The notes: generated by a model not told the origin, from the letters alone. A DNA stretch of 64,000 nt from a virus (IMGVR_UViG_3300017917_001910:1-64000); one strand, 5' to 3'. Positions 8,804 to 17,273 are shown, numbered from the stretch's first letter. A program made the numbers and translations.

Positions 8804-9583
8804 TTATTTCTTTAATCCGTCATTTATTAAATAAAAAAAGTTAGATTTACTATCTCGTTTAATTTCTGGATATACTTCTTTTAGTATATCGTATATTTTA
8901 AATGCTAACTTTGGGTCGATGCTGAATAAATTTAATTCTTCTTTACCAGATATATCTTGTTCTTTTAATTTCTTTTTAGGTCTTTTATTGAAACTAGCAA
9001 ATTTATCTACCGGTGCTGGTCCGGTTTTCTTTATTATGTATAAAGTAATAAACGAAAGGGTTGCAATAGTAAAGAATACAAAAAATGCATACATACCTAA
9101 TTTAAACCAAATACTTCCTTCAGTTGCTTGGGCGCCATACAAATCAACCATAATCTTCATTACATCAGATTCAGCCATTCCTTGGATTGTTTTGTAATAC
9201 CATTGATTGAATGATCTGTCTATGTATTGTAGACCACCGGCAACAGATAATAGTCCACTTACAAAAGAACCTATCCCTCCACCTAATAAACCACCTTTTG
9301 CAAATTGTTTAAGCCTGTCTACAAAGCCTTCATTTAAGCTTTGTGAGTCTGTTTCTAACTCCATTTGGGCTTTTTCCATAGATCCTTGTGGAAGGGGCTT
9401 AGTAGTTAAGTTATCTATATTAACGTGATTAGAAGCTTCTTCGTAGTTATCTTTAGCAGCCTTTACTGCCGCTGCTTTAATCTTTGATAAAAAGTCTGTT
9501 AGCTTAGATTCAGTTAGTTGTTGTTCAAATACTGCTAGTTGAATTTCTTCCTTAATGATCTTTTTTAAATCTGATTTTTTCAT
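8804..9583 (-). CDS. Hypothetical membrane-associated protein with MKKSDLKKIIKEEI leader
   Basis: 259-aa ORF with two hydrophobic segments. Confidence 0.7.
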   Translation of the reverse strand: MKKSDLKKIIKEEIQLAVFEQQLTESKLTDFLSKIKAAAVKAAKDNYEEASNHVNIDNLTTKPLPQGSMEKAQMELETDSQSLNEGFVDRLKQFAKGGLLGGGIGSFVSGLLSVAGGLQYIDRSFNQWYYKTIQGMAESDVMKIMVDLYGAQATEGSIWFKLGMYAFFVFFTIATLSFITLYIIKKTGPAPVDKFASFNKRPKKKLKEQDISGKEELNLFSIDPKLAFKIYDILKEVYPEIKRDSKSNFFYLINDGLKK

Positions 9584-10204
9584 TTATTTCTTTTTGAAGT
9601 TAGGATTTTTTAAGATAGCTTTTTTCATTAAAGCTATGTCACTATGATACTGAGCAATCCTATCTGTACTATTAACAGATGGATTACTAATTTGATACTT
9701 GTTTGTACCCTTCTTGATAAGAACTTTTTTATCTATCAATTCTTTTATCATTTGATCAAAGCTACCTTTGTATTGATACACATCTTTATTTTCACGTACT
9801 CTAATCATTCCTTGATCAGTACTTGCTTCTTTTTCCAAGTATGCAACTGTGATTCCGTTTGGACCACTACCCATCACTTCATAGGTTTTTGTATTGTAAG
9901 AACTTTCACTTTCTATAGTCCCTTGTATAAGTTCAAGTACAGCATCTAATGGACCAGTCATAGTTTCCTCTGCTTCCATAGTACCAGCAGCTAATTCTTT
10001 AGGATTTTCTAGACCAGCCTTTTTATAGATTCTTGCAAGAGTCATTTGCATATCGTCATGGGCACCTTCATCCTCTGGGTAACGTATACGTGATTTTAAA
10101 GCTGTTTTAAGTGCGGTTAATAAAGCAGGGTCAATAGTTACATTTTCCTTTAATACTTTACGAATCTCTTCTTTGATCAATTCTTTTAGTTCTAATTTTT
10201 TCAT
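9584..10204 (-). CDS. Hypothetical protein with MKKLELKELIKEEI leader
   Basis: 206-aa ORF; late-type motif upstream. Confidence 0.7.
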   Translation of the reverse strand: MKKLELKELIKEEIRKVLKENVTIDPALLTALKTALKSRIRYPEDEGAHDDMQMTLARIYKKAGLENPKELAAGTMEAEETMTGPLDAVLELIQGTIESESSYNTKTYEVMGSGPNGITVAYLEKEASTDQGMIRVRENKDVYQYKGSFDQMIKELIDKKVLIKKGTNKYQISNPSVNSTDRIAQYHSDIALMKKAILKNPNFKKK

Positions 10205-10221
10205 ATTTATATTTAATATAA

Positions 10222-11316
10222 TTATTGTTCCAAATAAAAAACATTATCTTTTAACGCTTCTATTCTATAATAATTGGTATCTAAATGTTTTGCCCATTCT
10301 TCAATACCTTCTTTATATATATCATAGTTCTCCATACGGTCTTTGATATAATCTATAATTGTTGTATAATTTTCCGTGTAGTTTAAATAACTTAATGTCC
10401 ATTCCGACGGATATCTCCATTTTTCTGGAACTATTTCTTTAAAGTTTAATCTGTCAGGTGCTAATGGTATTGCTCCGTGCATTATAGCTTCAAAGGCTGT
10501 TATAGAAGAAGAATCAATTAAATCTAAGATTAATACGTATTTAGAAGAAGCTAATAATCCATGATATTGAGTTTCGTTTGGCATTTTATCTTCTATACAT
10601 ACCCATTCGTATTGAGGCATTGCTCGTTGCAGTTCACGAAATATAATCATGTTACGATCTACTGTACCTTTATCAGCAAATAAAATCATATCACGTTTCT
10701 TTGTTTTTTTAAATTGCTCAGCATAATCACGTACATGAGCCATTGGAGGTCCGGCTTTTTGAACTCGTCCCGGAGTATTAAATAAATTCTTTGCTCCGAA
10801 TGTTTTAAATAAGCTCTTAAGTAAAGATAAATGATAATCACTATCATAATAGTTATGATTAATAGCAGCTACTAAAGCTCGTTCTGCATTTTTTTGCCAT
10901 GTTAATGTTTTAGCAAATGCTAGATATGATGTTTTATTAAATGACCCAGTTTGCCAAAATCCATGAATCCAAACAGGTATACGATACACTGTAGATAAAT
11001 AACGTAATTGAAAGATAGCAGGGTTCCAAGCATCCATAAAAATAAAATGATCTCCTTGGTGTACTTCTTTATTGTAAAAAAGCTCCGCAAATCTGGTAGA
11101 CTGCGAAGCTTGTTGATTTACAATATCTTTAAATGTTAATGGACTATTATCTATAATTGATAATGGGTTCGGCTGAATATCATAAAGAGTCTTTACTTGA
11201 TACTTAAGTGATTTCTTTTGGATATACTCCTCTAAACAATCTCGAAGATTATTTTGCCAATTACGTATATATTTTAATTCAATAGTCTTACTGTCTAAGA
11301 TATATATCGTCTTCAT
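10222..11316 (-). CDS. GT-B glycosyltransferase-like protein, divergent paralog of 18678..19733
   Basis: Shares F.F.DAWNP.I.Q..Y, IHG.W..GS and P..PDRL...E motifs with its paralog; probable start MKTIYILD at 11316. Confidence 0.7.
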   Translation of the reverse strand: MKTIYILDSKTIELKYIRNWQNNLRDCLEEYIQKKSLKYQVKTLYDIQPNPLSIIDNSPLTFKDIVNQQASQSTRFAELFYNKEVHQGDHFIFMDAWNPAIFQLRYLSTVYRIPVWIHGFWQTGSFNKTSYLAFAKTLTWQKNAERALVAAINHNYYDSDYHLSLLKSLFKTFGAKNLFNTPGRVQKAGPPMAHVRDYAEQFKKTKKRDMILFADKGTVDRNMIIFRELQRAMPQYEWVCIEDKMPNETQYHGLLASSKYVLILDLIDSSSITAFEAIMHGAIPLAPDRLNFKEIVPEKWRYPSEWTLSYLNYTENYTTIIDYIKDRMENYDIYKEGIEEWAKHLDTNYYRIEALKDNVFYLEQ

Positions 11317-11675
11317 TATACTAATTCGCAACGCGCACCATTTTCATTATCTTCCCAAACTTCGACCCAATTACATCCAAATTCATTAAGTATTTCTTTT
11401 GCGAGCATTTCGCAAGATCTATGATCAAATAAATGACTTCGAGAAGATTCATTATAATATTTTTCTTTAAGATAATCTATAATATCGCGCTTAAACATTA
11501 TAAATTCTTTATCTCGATCATCATGAAATACTTCTAACGAAGCTTTAAATGTGAATATGTGTCTATGATAGTCAGATAAGAATCCTACTTCTGGAAATAT
11601 ATCTTTTGCAGATTCCCATCTATGAATACCGTCTACATTAACGCTAACTATAACTGTTGTTTTTAAATCTCTCAT
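11316..11675 (-). CDS. QueD/PTPS-like (T-fold) protein
   Basis: GIHRW...HRHIF...HDDRD.EFI...SCEMLA...VWEDNENG; His-rich PTPS-like pattern. Confidence 0.55.
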   Translation of the reverse strand: MRDLKTTVIVSVNVDGIHRWESAKDIFPEVGFLSDYHRHIFTFKASLEVFHDDRDKEFIMFKRDIIDYLKEKYYNESSRSHLFDHRSCEMLAKEILNEFGCNWVEVWEDNENGARCELV

Positions 11676-11697
11676 CCTATAATATAATAAAAACTAA

Positions 11698-14241
11698 TTA
11701 AAATTCAAAGAAATTTTTTCCGTAATTATTCTTCGGCACTTCTGACCAACCTAATGCTCCAAAGAAATCATTAAGTTTATTTTCTAAGGAAGCTTCAAAG
11801 ATGCTCGTATAATCAATATGTTCCTTAACGATAGAATAGATATCCATTGGATCATTAAAGCCCGTTAAAGCTAAGGTTTCGATACCTAATCGATTAGGTT
11901 TTAGGTAAGTCCATTTTATTTTATCTCCGTCACTAATAGGTGCCATAGAATTAATTTTAAAGTGTTCTAATAAGTCATTAAAATTAGCAGCAGATTTTGC
12001 ATGAATAGGCATACCTTTTGGTCTTGTTTTAAATATAGACCCAGTTTTCTTACAAGGATACTTACTTAATTCTTTAATACCAGAGATGGTCATAATATCA
12101 TAAATGTCTAATGAAGGTAATGAATCTTTAAGATCAAATATCTTATCAACGATTTCTTGCTTTTCTGCTTTATTAAGAATATCAATAATAATGCCTGACA
12201 TAAATCCTCTAAATGCTTTTGGAAATGAAGATCTTACAACATCTAATCCTTTTACATCTAGTTTATATTCTTTTTTACCATTTGTCATTTTAGATATACT
12301 TACACCCTTTTCAGAAATAATTTTTTGAGCATATCGCTTTTTTGCAATCCACATTGCCGTTTCAGACACATATTCTTGTTTTGTTTGAAAATGATGTTCT
12401 GTTGCATTAAATGCGTTCTTTGCAAAATCATTAAACGTTGAATTAATAACACTTTCACAAGCTACGGCTAATTTAAAAGTAATATCTGCACATTCATCTC
12501 TAGTTAATTCACGTCCTTGGTTTCTTTGCATCTTTTTAATTAACGGCATTGCTGAGAAGAATGCAGAATCCGTATCAATATACAATACATAATCAATGCC
12601 ACTCGTTCCTAATTTTTGGTTTAGCCAATTATTAGCATAATTCGTTTTATGCATAATAACTGCTTTACCTCCTAATGTAGTTCCTTCAGCATTATCAATA
12701 TCATAAAATCTAAATCCAGCATTACCTAAAACACCATATAAAGAATTAGATAAGATTTTCATTGTTAATTGACGCGAATCAAAGAAACGATACATTTTTT
12801 CATTACCAGATTCACCATATTTCTTTGCAAGTTGTCGATATTCTGTTCTTTCCGTATCCCATTTTTCTAAGATAGATGGAACTAATCCTTTTGTTTTAAG
12901 ATCATAAATAACGCCAACGGCTGAGATAGAAAAGTTATTTTCTTCTAAGAATCTTCTTAGCTCCATTCCTTTCCAAGACTTAGATTTATACTTATATACA
13001 TAAGTTTCATCATTCTTCATGAATTTTGTATGGTCCCAATTTTCAATCTTACATACCTTAGTTTCTGGAGAAATATTAATTGTTCTTTGAGTTGAAGGAT
13101 ATAAGGCTTTTAAGTCCAAGTCAAATACCCATTCATACAATCCTGGTTTAGGATCTTTTACAAATGCTCCTTCAAATCCATTTTCGTCAGAATCTTCATC
13201 TTCGTCACTTTCTTCTCTTAAGGGTTTATTAGTAGCAATGATTCCTAATCGATTTAAGTAAGTAAGACAAGCTCCATCCAAATATCTACTAGATGCAAAT
13301 ACATCTTCATAAGGAACATGTCCTTTATGAGCAATGTTTCTTGCTAATGTAATAAAGTCTAGTTTCTCATCTAAGTCTACAACCAATTGAACGTCATTAA
13401 TATTATACTCAATAAACTTTTCTAAATCTTGTTTATAAAGATTATCTAAGTCTCCTTCATACTGAATCTTTCCGCGACCTAATTCTTTTTGAGATATAAA
13501 TTCTAAAGCATAAGAAGGTTCTTCGTTATAAGTAAATGCTTTATACAAATACATATAATCTAGTGCAGCTACGCCACCAATATTCATTCTGTCTTTACGG
13601 AAGTCTTTTGAAACTACTCCTACTGGACTTAATTGCTTTGCTACATTAGCACCTAAAAGCTTTTTAGTTCTGTGATAAATATAAGGAACGTCAAATCCAT
13701 CTATATTCCATCCAGTTAAAATATCTGGGCTAATTTCTAGATAAAGTTGAAAGAATCTATTTAATAAGTCCTTTTCTGTTGAAAATGCTTCAAATATATA
13801 CTTATCTGTTCTTTTATTTTTTGTAAGATGTTCTTTATCTAATAATAATACATTCCAATCTTTAGAAATATTATCATATAAAGTTATTGCCGTGACTTCA
13901 TTATCTGCATCCCATGGAGTAGAATAACCATCACCTTTTGATACTTCAATATCAAAAAACAATGTAGTTATATCTTCTGAAATATCATCTGTATCTCCGT
14001 AATTATCTATTAGAACACGTATTTCAGGTCTTATATCTGATTCATATATAATTCCTCTTTGTTCATCTTCTTTATCCCAATTATAAACTTTCTCTACACG
14101 ATTACCGTCTAAAGCAGTATGCTTTCCGTTTGGAGCTTTAATATAAGCATATTTCTTATACTTAAAATTAAGACGACCTTTTTTATCGTCCCAAACAATT
14201 ACTTCGTTTTGTTCTCTATTGTAATATACGTTTTTATACAT
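11698..14241 (-). CDS. polB: DNA polymerase family B (T4 gp43-like)
   Basis: FFDIEV (exo I), GWNIDGFD, DLKALYPS, KILSNSLYG, YIDTDS, KKRYA, VKGLDVVRSS. Confidence 0.97.
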   Translation of the reverse strand: MYKNVYYNREQNEVIVWDDKKGRLNFKYKKYAYIKAPNGKHTALDGNRVEKVYNWDKEDEQRGIIYESDIRPEIRVLIDNYGDTDDISEDITTLFFDIEVSKGDGYSTPWDADNEVTAITLYDNISKDWNVLLLDKEHLTKNKRTDKYIFEAFSTEKDLLNRFFQLYLEISPDILTGWNIDGFDVPYIYHRTKKLLGANVAKQLSPVGVVSKDFRKDRMNIGGVAALDYMYLYKAFTYNEEPSYALEFISQKELGRGKIQYEGDLDNLYKQDLEKFIEYNINDVQLVVDLDEKLDFITLARNIAHKGHVPYEDVFASSRYLDGACLTYLNRLGIIATNKPLREESDEDEDSDENGFEGAFVKDPKPGLYEWVFDLDLKALYPSTQRTINISPETKVCKIENWDHTKFMKNDETYVYKYKSKSWKGMELRRFLEENNFSISAVGVIYDLKTKGLVPSILEKWDTERTEYRQLAKKYGESGNEKMYRFFDSRQLTMKILSNSLYGVLGNAGFRFYDIDNAEGTTLGGKAVIMHKTNYANNWLNQKLGTSGIDYVLYIDTDSAFFSAMPLIKKMQRNQGRELTRDECADITFKLAVACESVINSTFNDFAKNAFNATEHHFQTKQEYVSETAMWIAKKRYAQKIISEKGVSISKMTNGKKEYKLDVKGLDVVRSSFPKAFRGFMSGIIIDILNKAEKQEIVDKIFDLKDSLPSLDIYDIMTISGIKELSKYPCKKTGSIFKTRPKGMPIHAKSAANFNDLLEHFKINSMAPISDGDKIKWTYLKPNRLGIETLALTGFNDPMDIYSIVKEHIDYTSIFEASLENKLNDFFGALGWSEVPKNNYGKNFFEF

Positions 14242-14263
14242 ATTTTAATATAATGATAATACC

Positions 14264-15061
14264 TTATATAGGCAAATTTATTTTAGATAAAAGTTGATTT
14301 GATACATGAGTGTAAATTTCAGTAGTTTTAATATTAGAATGACCTGCAAGTTTTTGTATTATTCTAATATCCGTCCCGGATTCTAATAAGGCAGTAAAAC
14401 AAGAATGTCGTAGCGTATGAATATGTCCCGATGAATCTATATATTTTTTATAAATTTTTTGACAACTACCTATTGAATAATAAAGAGAATCTTGCCCGTT
14501 AAATAGATATTCTATAGGCTTATATTGTTTAAAATACTCTCTAAGTAATGTTAATACATTTTCTGAGAGCGGTACAATCCTATCTTTTCTGCCTTTAGCA
14601 TTTTTAATGTGTATAAGCATCCTTTTCGAGTCAATATCCTCAATTTTTAGATTGACTATTTCAGACACTCGTAATCCAACTGAGTAGGTTAGTGTTAAGA
14701 TTGCTTTATGTTTAAGATTTTCTATTTTTTGCAGTTGTGTTTTGATAAGATTACTATCAACTACCTTCGGTAATTTCTTTTCTGATTTTGGTCTTTCTAT
14801 TTTAGATAAATGAATGTCTTTTTTATTTAGTATATACTTAGAAAATAATTTCAATGCTCCTATATATTGATTTTGTTGACTACAAGAAGTATATGGATAT
14901 TTTTCAAGGAATGAGACTATCTGTTGAGTTCTTACTTGATATGGGTCTTTAATTTTTTCCGTTTCTAAAAAAAGTTTTAAATAAGAAATATATAACTTGA
15001 TACTGTTATTAGAATAGTTTTTATATCTTAATTTTTCTTCAAAAATTTTAAGAATTTTCAT
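14264..15061 (-). CDS. Tyrosine recombinase, integron-integrase-related (SAM-like N-terminal domain)
   Basis: GLRVSE, AKGRKDRIVPL, HTLRHS, DIRIIQKLAGHSNIKTTEIYTHVS; R-K-H-R-H-Y catalytic set intact; no IntI-specific insertion. Confidence 0.92.
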   Translation of the reverse strand: MKILKIFEEKLRYKNYSNNSIKLYISYLKLFLETEKIKDPYQVRTQQIVSFLEKYPYTSCSQQNQYIGALKLFSKYILNKKDIHLSKIERPKSEKKLPKVVDSNLIKTQLQKIENLKHKAILTLTYSVGLRVSEIVNLKIEDIDSKRMLIHIKNAKGRKDRIVPLSENVLTLLREYFKQYKPIEYLFNGQDSLYYSIGSCQKIYKKYIDSSGHIHTLRHSCFTALLESGTDIRIIQKLAGHSNIKTTEIYTHVSNQLLSKINLPI

Positions 15062-15097
15062 GTTTAAATTATTGATTTTATTAGAGATTTAGGTAGG

Positions 15098-15130
15098 TTA
15101 TGTATATATAATAGTTATATGCAATGCTAC
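15098..15130 (+). other. attI-like site
   Basis: First GTTA core (15114) lies 53 bp upstream of the integrase start and, unlike all other cores, has no preceding hairpin arm (TATGTATATATAATA-GTTATATGCAATGC). Confidence 0.55.
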
Positions 15131-15196
15131 GTTTCTGCTTCGTATTAAGTTTGGTGTATAATCTTTTTGTTTTATTTTTTCTTCCACCACACAAAA

Positions 15197-15634
15197 TTAA
15201 CGATTATATACCATAAAAGGTGCTGTTGAATCTGTTTCAAAATTGTTATCTTCTTCTGAAACTCTAAAACCATTTTTAATATACCAATCTACTAATTCTT
15301 GTTGATTTAAACCACCGCTTGTTTTAATATTATTTGATATTGATGCTCTTAAAGATAGTGGTACACCTGTTTTATCAGAATATTTTTTTAGTTTATTAAG
15401 TAATTTAGTTGCGTATCCTTTACCTTTAATATCAGACCAAATTTCAGATATATAAATAGAAACTTCACCATCAGATAATTGTTCAATATTTAATTCAGCG
15501 TGTGCATATCCATCATCAATTTTAACTTCGTCTAATTCAAAATACAATAATTTATTTAATCTTGAATTTTCAAATATTTTCTGTTCATTCAAATATTCAC
15601 GTATAGTAGTTGCTATAAATTTTCTTAATTCCAT
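15197..15634 (-). CDS. Cassette-borne GNAT-fold protein (probable start MELRKFIATTIREYLNE)
   Basis: KGKGYATKLL (acetyl-CoA-binding motif A) and LVDWYIKNGF. Confidence 0.7.
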   Translation of the reverse strand: MELRKFIATTIREYLNEQKIFENSRLNKLLYFELDEVKIDDGYAHAELNIEQLSDGEVSIYISEIWSDIKGKGYATKLLNKLKKYSDKTGVPLSLRASISNNIKTSGGLNQQELVDWYIKNGFRVSEEDNNFETDSTAPFMVYNR

Positions 15635-15753
15635 ATTATCAAATAGTTTTATTCTATATATAAATATCCAAATTTTAATTTCCCACTCACAAAAATAAAA
15701 CAAAAAGGTTCATCTCTCGTATCAAAGTTTGTAGGTTAAAACCGCACTGCATA

Positions 15754-15842
15754 TAACAAAATGTATAAGAAAGTTTGCTATCAAGTTTAGTACTAATTTG
15801 AAAGTTCATCATAAGCAAACCTTCTCATACACCCAACCGTTA
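15754..15842 (+). repeat. attC-like hairpin site
   Basis: TAAC-AAAA-TGTATAAGAAAGTTTGCT ... AGCAAACCTTCTCATACA-CCCAACC-GTTA. Confidence 0.8.
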
Positions 15843-15853
15843 TGTTCAATGAA

Positions 15854-16147
15854 TCAAAAACCAATTTCTTCTAATCTTTTTTTAATCGCTTTAAGAACTT
15901 TACTTCTTATTTTATTTGATTTGTTCATACCACTCCAAAGACCTTGTAGTTTAACTAACTTTTCCATTCCTTTTTCACCATTACATTTAGATATATCAAA
16001 TAAAATATCTTCTAATTCCTTATCTTCCATTGTGTATATTTTCTTATCTTCCATTGTGTAGATTTTTGATTCACTAAACATAACATCAGATATATGTAAT
16101 TTTTTATCTGTGTTATCAAGTTCTGTGTTCTTATTATCTTTATTCAT
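15854..16147 (-). CDS. Cassette-borne hypothetical protein spanning a core site
   Basis: KLHISDVMFS crosses the TAAC core at 16081-16084. Confidence 0.65.
   Translation of the reverse strand: MNKDNKNTELDNTDKKLHISDVMFSESKIYTMEDKKIYTMEDKELEDILFDISKCNGEKGMEKLVKLQGLWSGMNKSNKIRSKVLKAIKKRLEEIGF
16019..16066. repeat. 24-bp tandem duplication (KIYTMEDK x2)
   Basis: CTTATCTTCCATTGTGTA(T/G)ATTTT twice. Confidence 0.9.
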
Positions 16148-16204
16148 ATTATTTAAGTTTTGTGTTTCAATTTAAGAAAAAACTACATATATCTGTGACC
16201 GTTA
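16081..16204 (+). repeat. attC-like hairpin site
   Basis: TAAC-AT-CAGATATATGTAATTTTTT ... AAAAAACTACATATATCTG-TGACC-GTTA. Confidence 0.8.
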
Positions 16205-16213
16205 TACGTAATG

Positions 16214-16468
16214 CTAATCATACAGCGTTACCTTTCCATCTTTATAATCATAACTTCCACTACGACCCAACACCCAAAAAAGAACACCTGCGTCATTTGC
16301 ATATTCTTTCTGTGTTTCAATATCACCACATTCTCTTGCGTTTTCAAGTCCTGCCAACGCACATCGTAGTCGTTCTTCTATCTCAGAAGCACTACGCATA
16401 ACAACAGATAAAAGCAATTTTTCATCACTTCTATTTGAGTTATCTTGCATAATTTTACTTTCGTCCAT
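16214..16468 (-). CDS. Cassette-borne hypothetical protein spanning a core site
   Basis: KLLLSVVMRS crosses the TAAC core at 16399-16402. Confidence 0.65.
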   Translation of the reverse strand: MDESKIMQDNSNRSDEKLLLSVVMRSASEIEERLRCALAGLENARECGDIETQKEYANDAGVLFWVLGRSGSYDYKDGKVTLYD

Positions 16469-16511
16469 TTTATTTAATTTTAGTTAAAACTGCTTTTATC
16501 TGCAACCGTTA
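16399..16511 (+). repeat. attC-like hairpin site
   Basis: TAAC-AA-CAGATAAAAGCAATTTT ... AAAACTGCTTTTATCTG-CAACC-GTTA. Confidence 0.8.
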
Positions 16512-16534
16512 TAAACAATGCTACTTTTATTATA

Positions 16535-16568
16535 CTTAAAGATAAGGAAAACAATTCATATTTCCAAA
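16535..16568 (-). promoter_or_regulatory. Bacteroidota-type promoter reading into array 2 and the integrase
   Basis: Minus strand TTTGGAAATATGAATTGTTTTCCTTATCTTTAAG (TTTG-N20-TATCTTTA). Confidence 0.6.
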
Positions 16569-16621
16569 TTTTATTATAATTTTAATGTATTGATATTCAG
16601 TATGTAAGGCCTTACTATTCA

Positions 16622-17125
16622 TTATGAAAAATGTTTTTTTATTGTTATAGGATATAATCCTTTATTGTTTTGAGTAATATCAAACTGCAGAAGAATTGCT
16701 CCATTATAATTTATTTTCTTAAATAAAGTATCATTATTACTTAATAAAGCATCTACTACCAACTTTCGCATTTCATTTAAATCATACATTACATAGGTCT
16801 TAGTATATGTATTTACATGATAGATTCGGTCAGCTCGGCTCGAAAAGAACCAACCGAGCTTTCCGTGATCTTGAATCTCTACTTTAAAATGATGGTCCCA
16901 ATCGCAATACAAATTATTTTTACAGTCTAGATAATATTCTCGTAACCACTCTGGCTTCTTAATACTAAAGTCATAACCGCGCTTTTGATGTTCTACTTGG
17001 CCTGCATAATCAGTTACTTCATAACCATATGATTGTAATATTGATTTAAGCCATTCTTCTCCGATTTGTCCTTTGGTGCCAGTTACTGGAAATCTCTCTG
17101 TTAAGGTTGTATTGTATTGAGCCAC
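16622..17125 (-). CDS. Putative PD-(D/E)XK-fold nuclease
   Basis: G..GE...Q.RGYDF...DCK...VEI...GW...S.AD pattern. Confidence 0.55.
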   Translation of the reverse strand: MAQYNTTLTERFPVTGTKGQIGEEWLKSILQSYGYEVTDYAGQVEHQKRGYDFSIKKPEWLREYYLDCKNNLYCDWDHHFKVEIQDHGKLGWFFSSRADRIYHVNTYTKTYVMYDLNEMRKLVVDALLSNNDTLFKKINYNGAILLQFDITQNNKGLYPITIKKHFS

Positions 17126-17126
17126 T

Positions 17127-17273
17127 TTATTTTAAATTCTTAACGAAATTATAAAATTCTTCTCTTACTTTAGCATCGTCTTTAAATGCTCCCGTTAATT
17201 TTGAAGTAATCATTGTCGAATCATGCTGAATACCTCTTAAACAAGCGCATTGATGACCTAATTTCTTTTCCAT
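17127..17273 (-). pseudogene. Orphan duplicate of the folE 3' end (48-aa ORF MEKKLG-HQCACLRGIQHDSTMITSKLTGAFK...)
   Basis: Manual translation matches the C-terminus of 18037..18666. Confidence 0.9.

Larger units (their letters stand above)
15114..16524 (+). mobile_element. Integron-like cassette array 2 (3 cassettes)
   Basis: GTTA cores at 15114, 15839, 16201 and 16508; TAAC cores ending at 15757, 16084 and 16402; complementary arms on every segment. Confidence 0.82.

Noticed and set aside
14264-15061. Prophage integrase marking a host-phage junction
   Set aside because: Both flanks are phage genes of the same strand and composition, no attL/attR or host genes are visible, and the enzyme lacks an arm-binding domain and abuts the cassette array.
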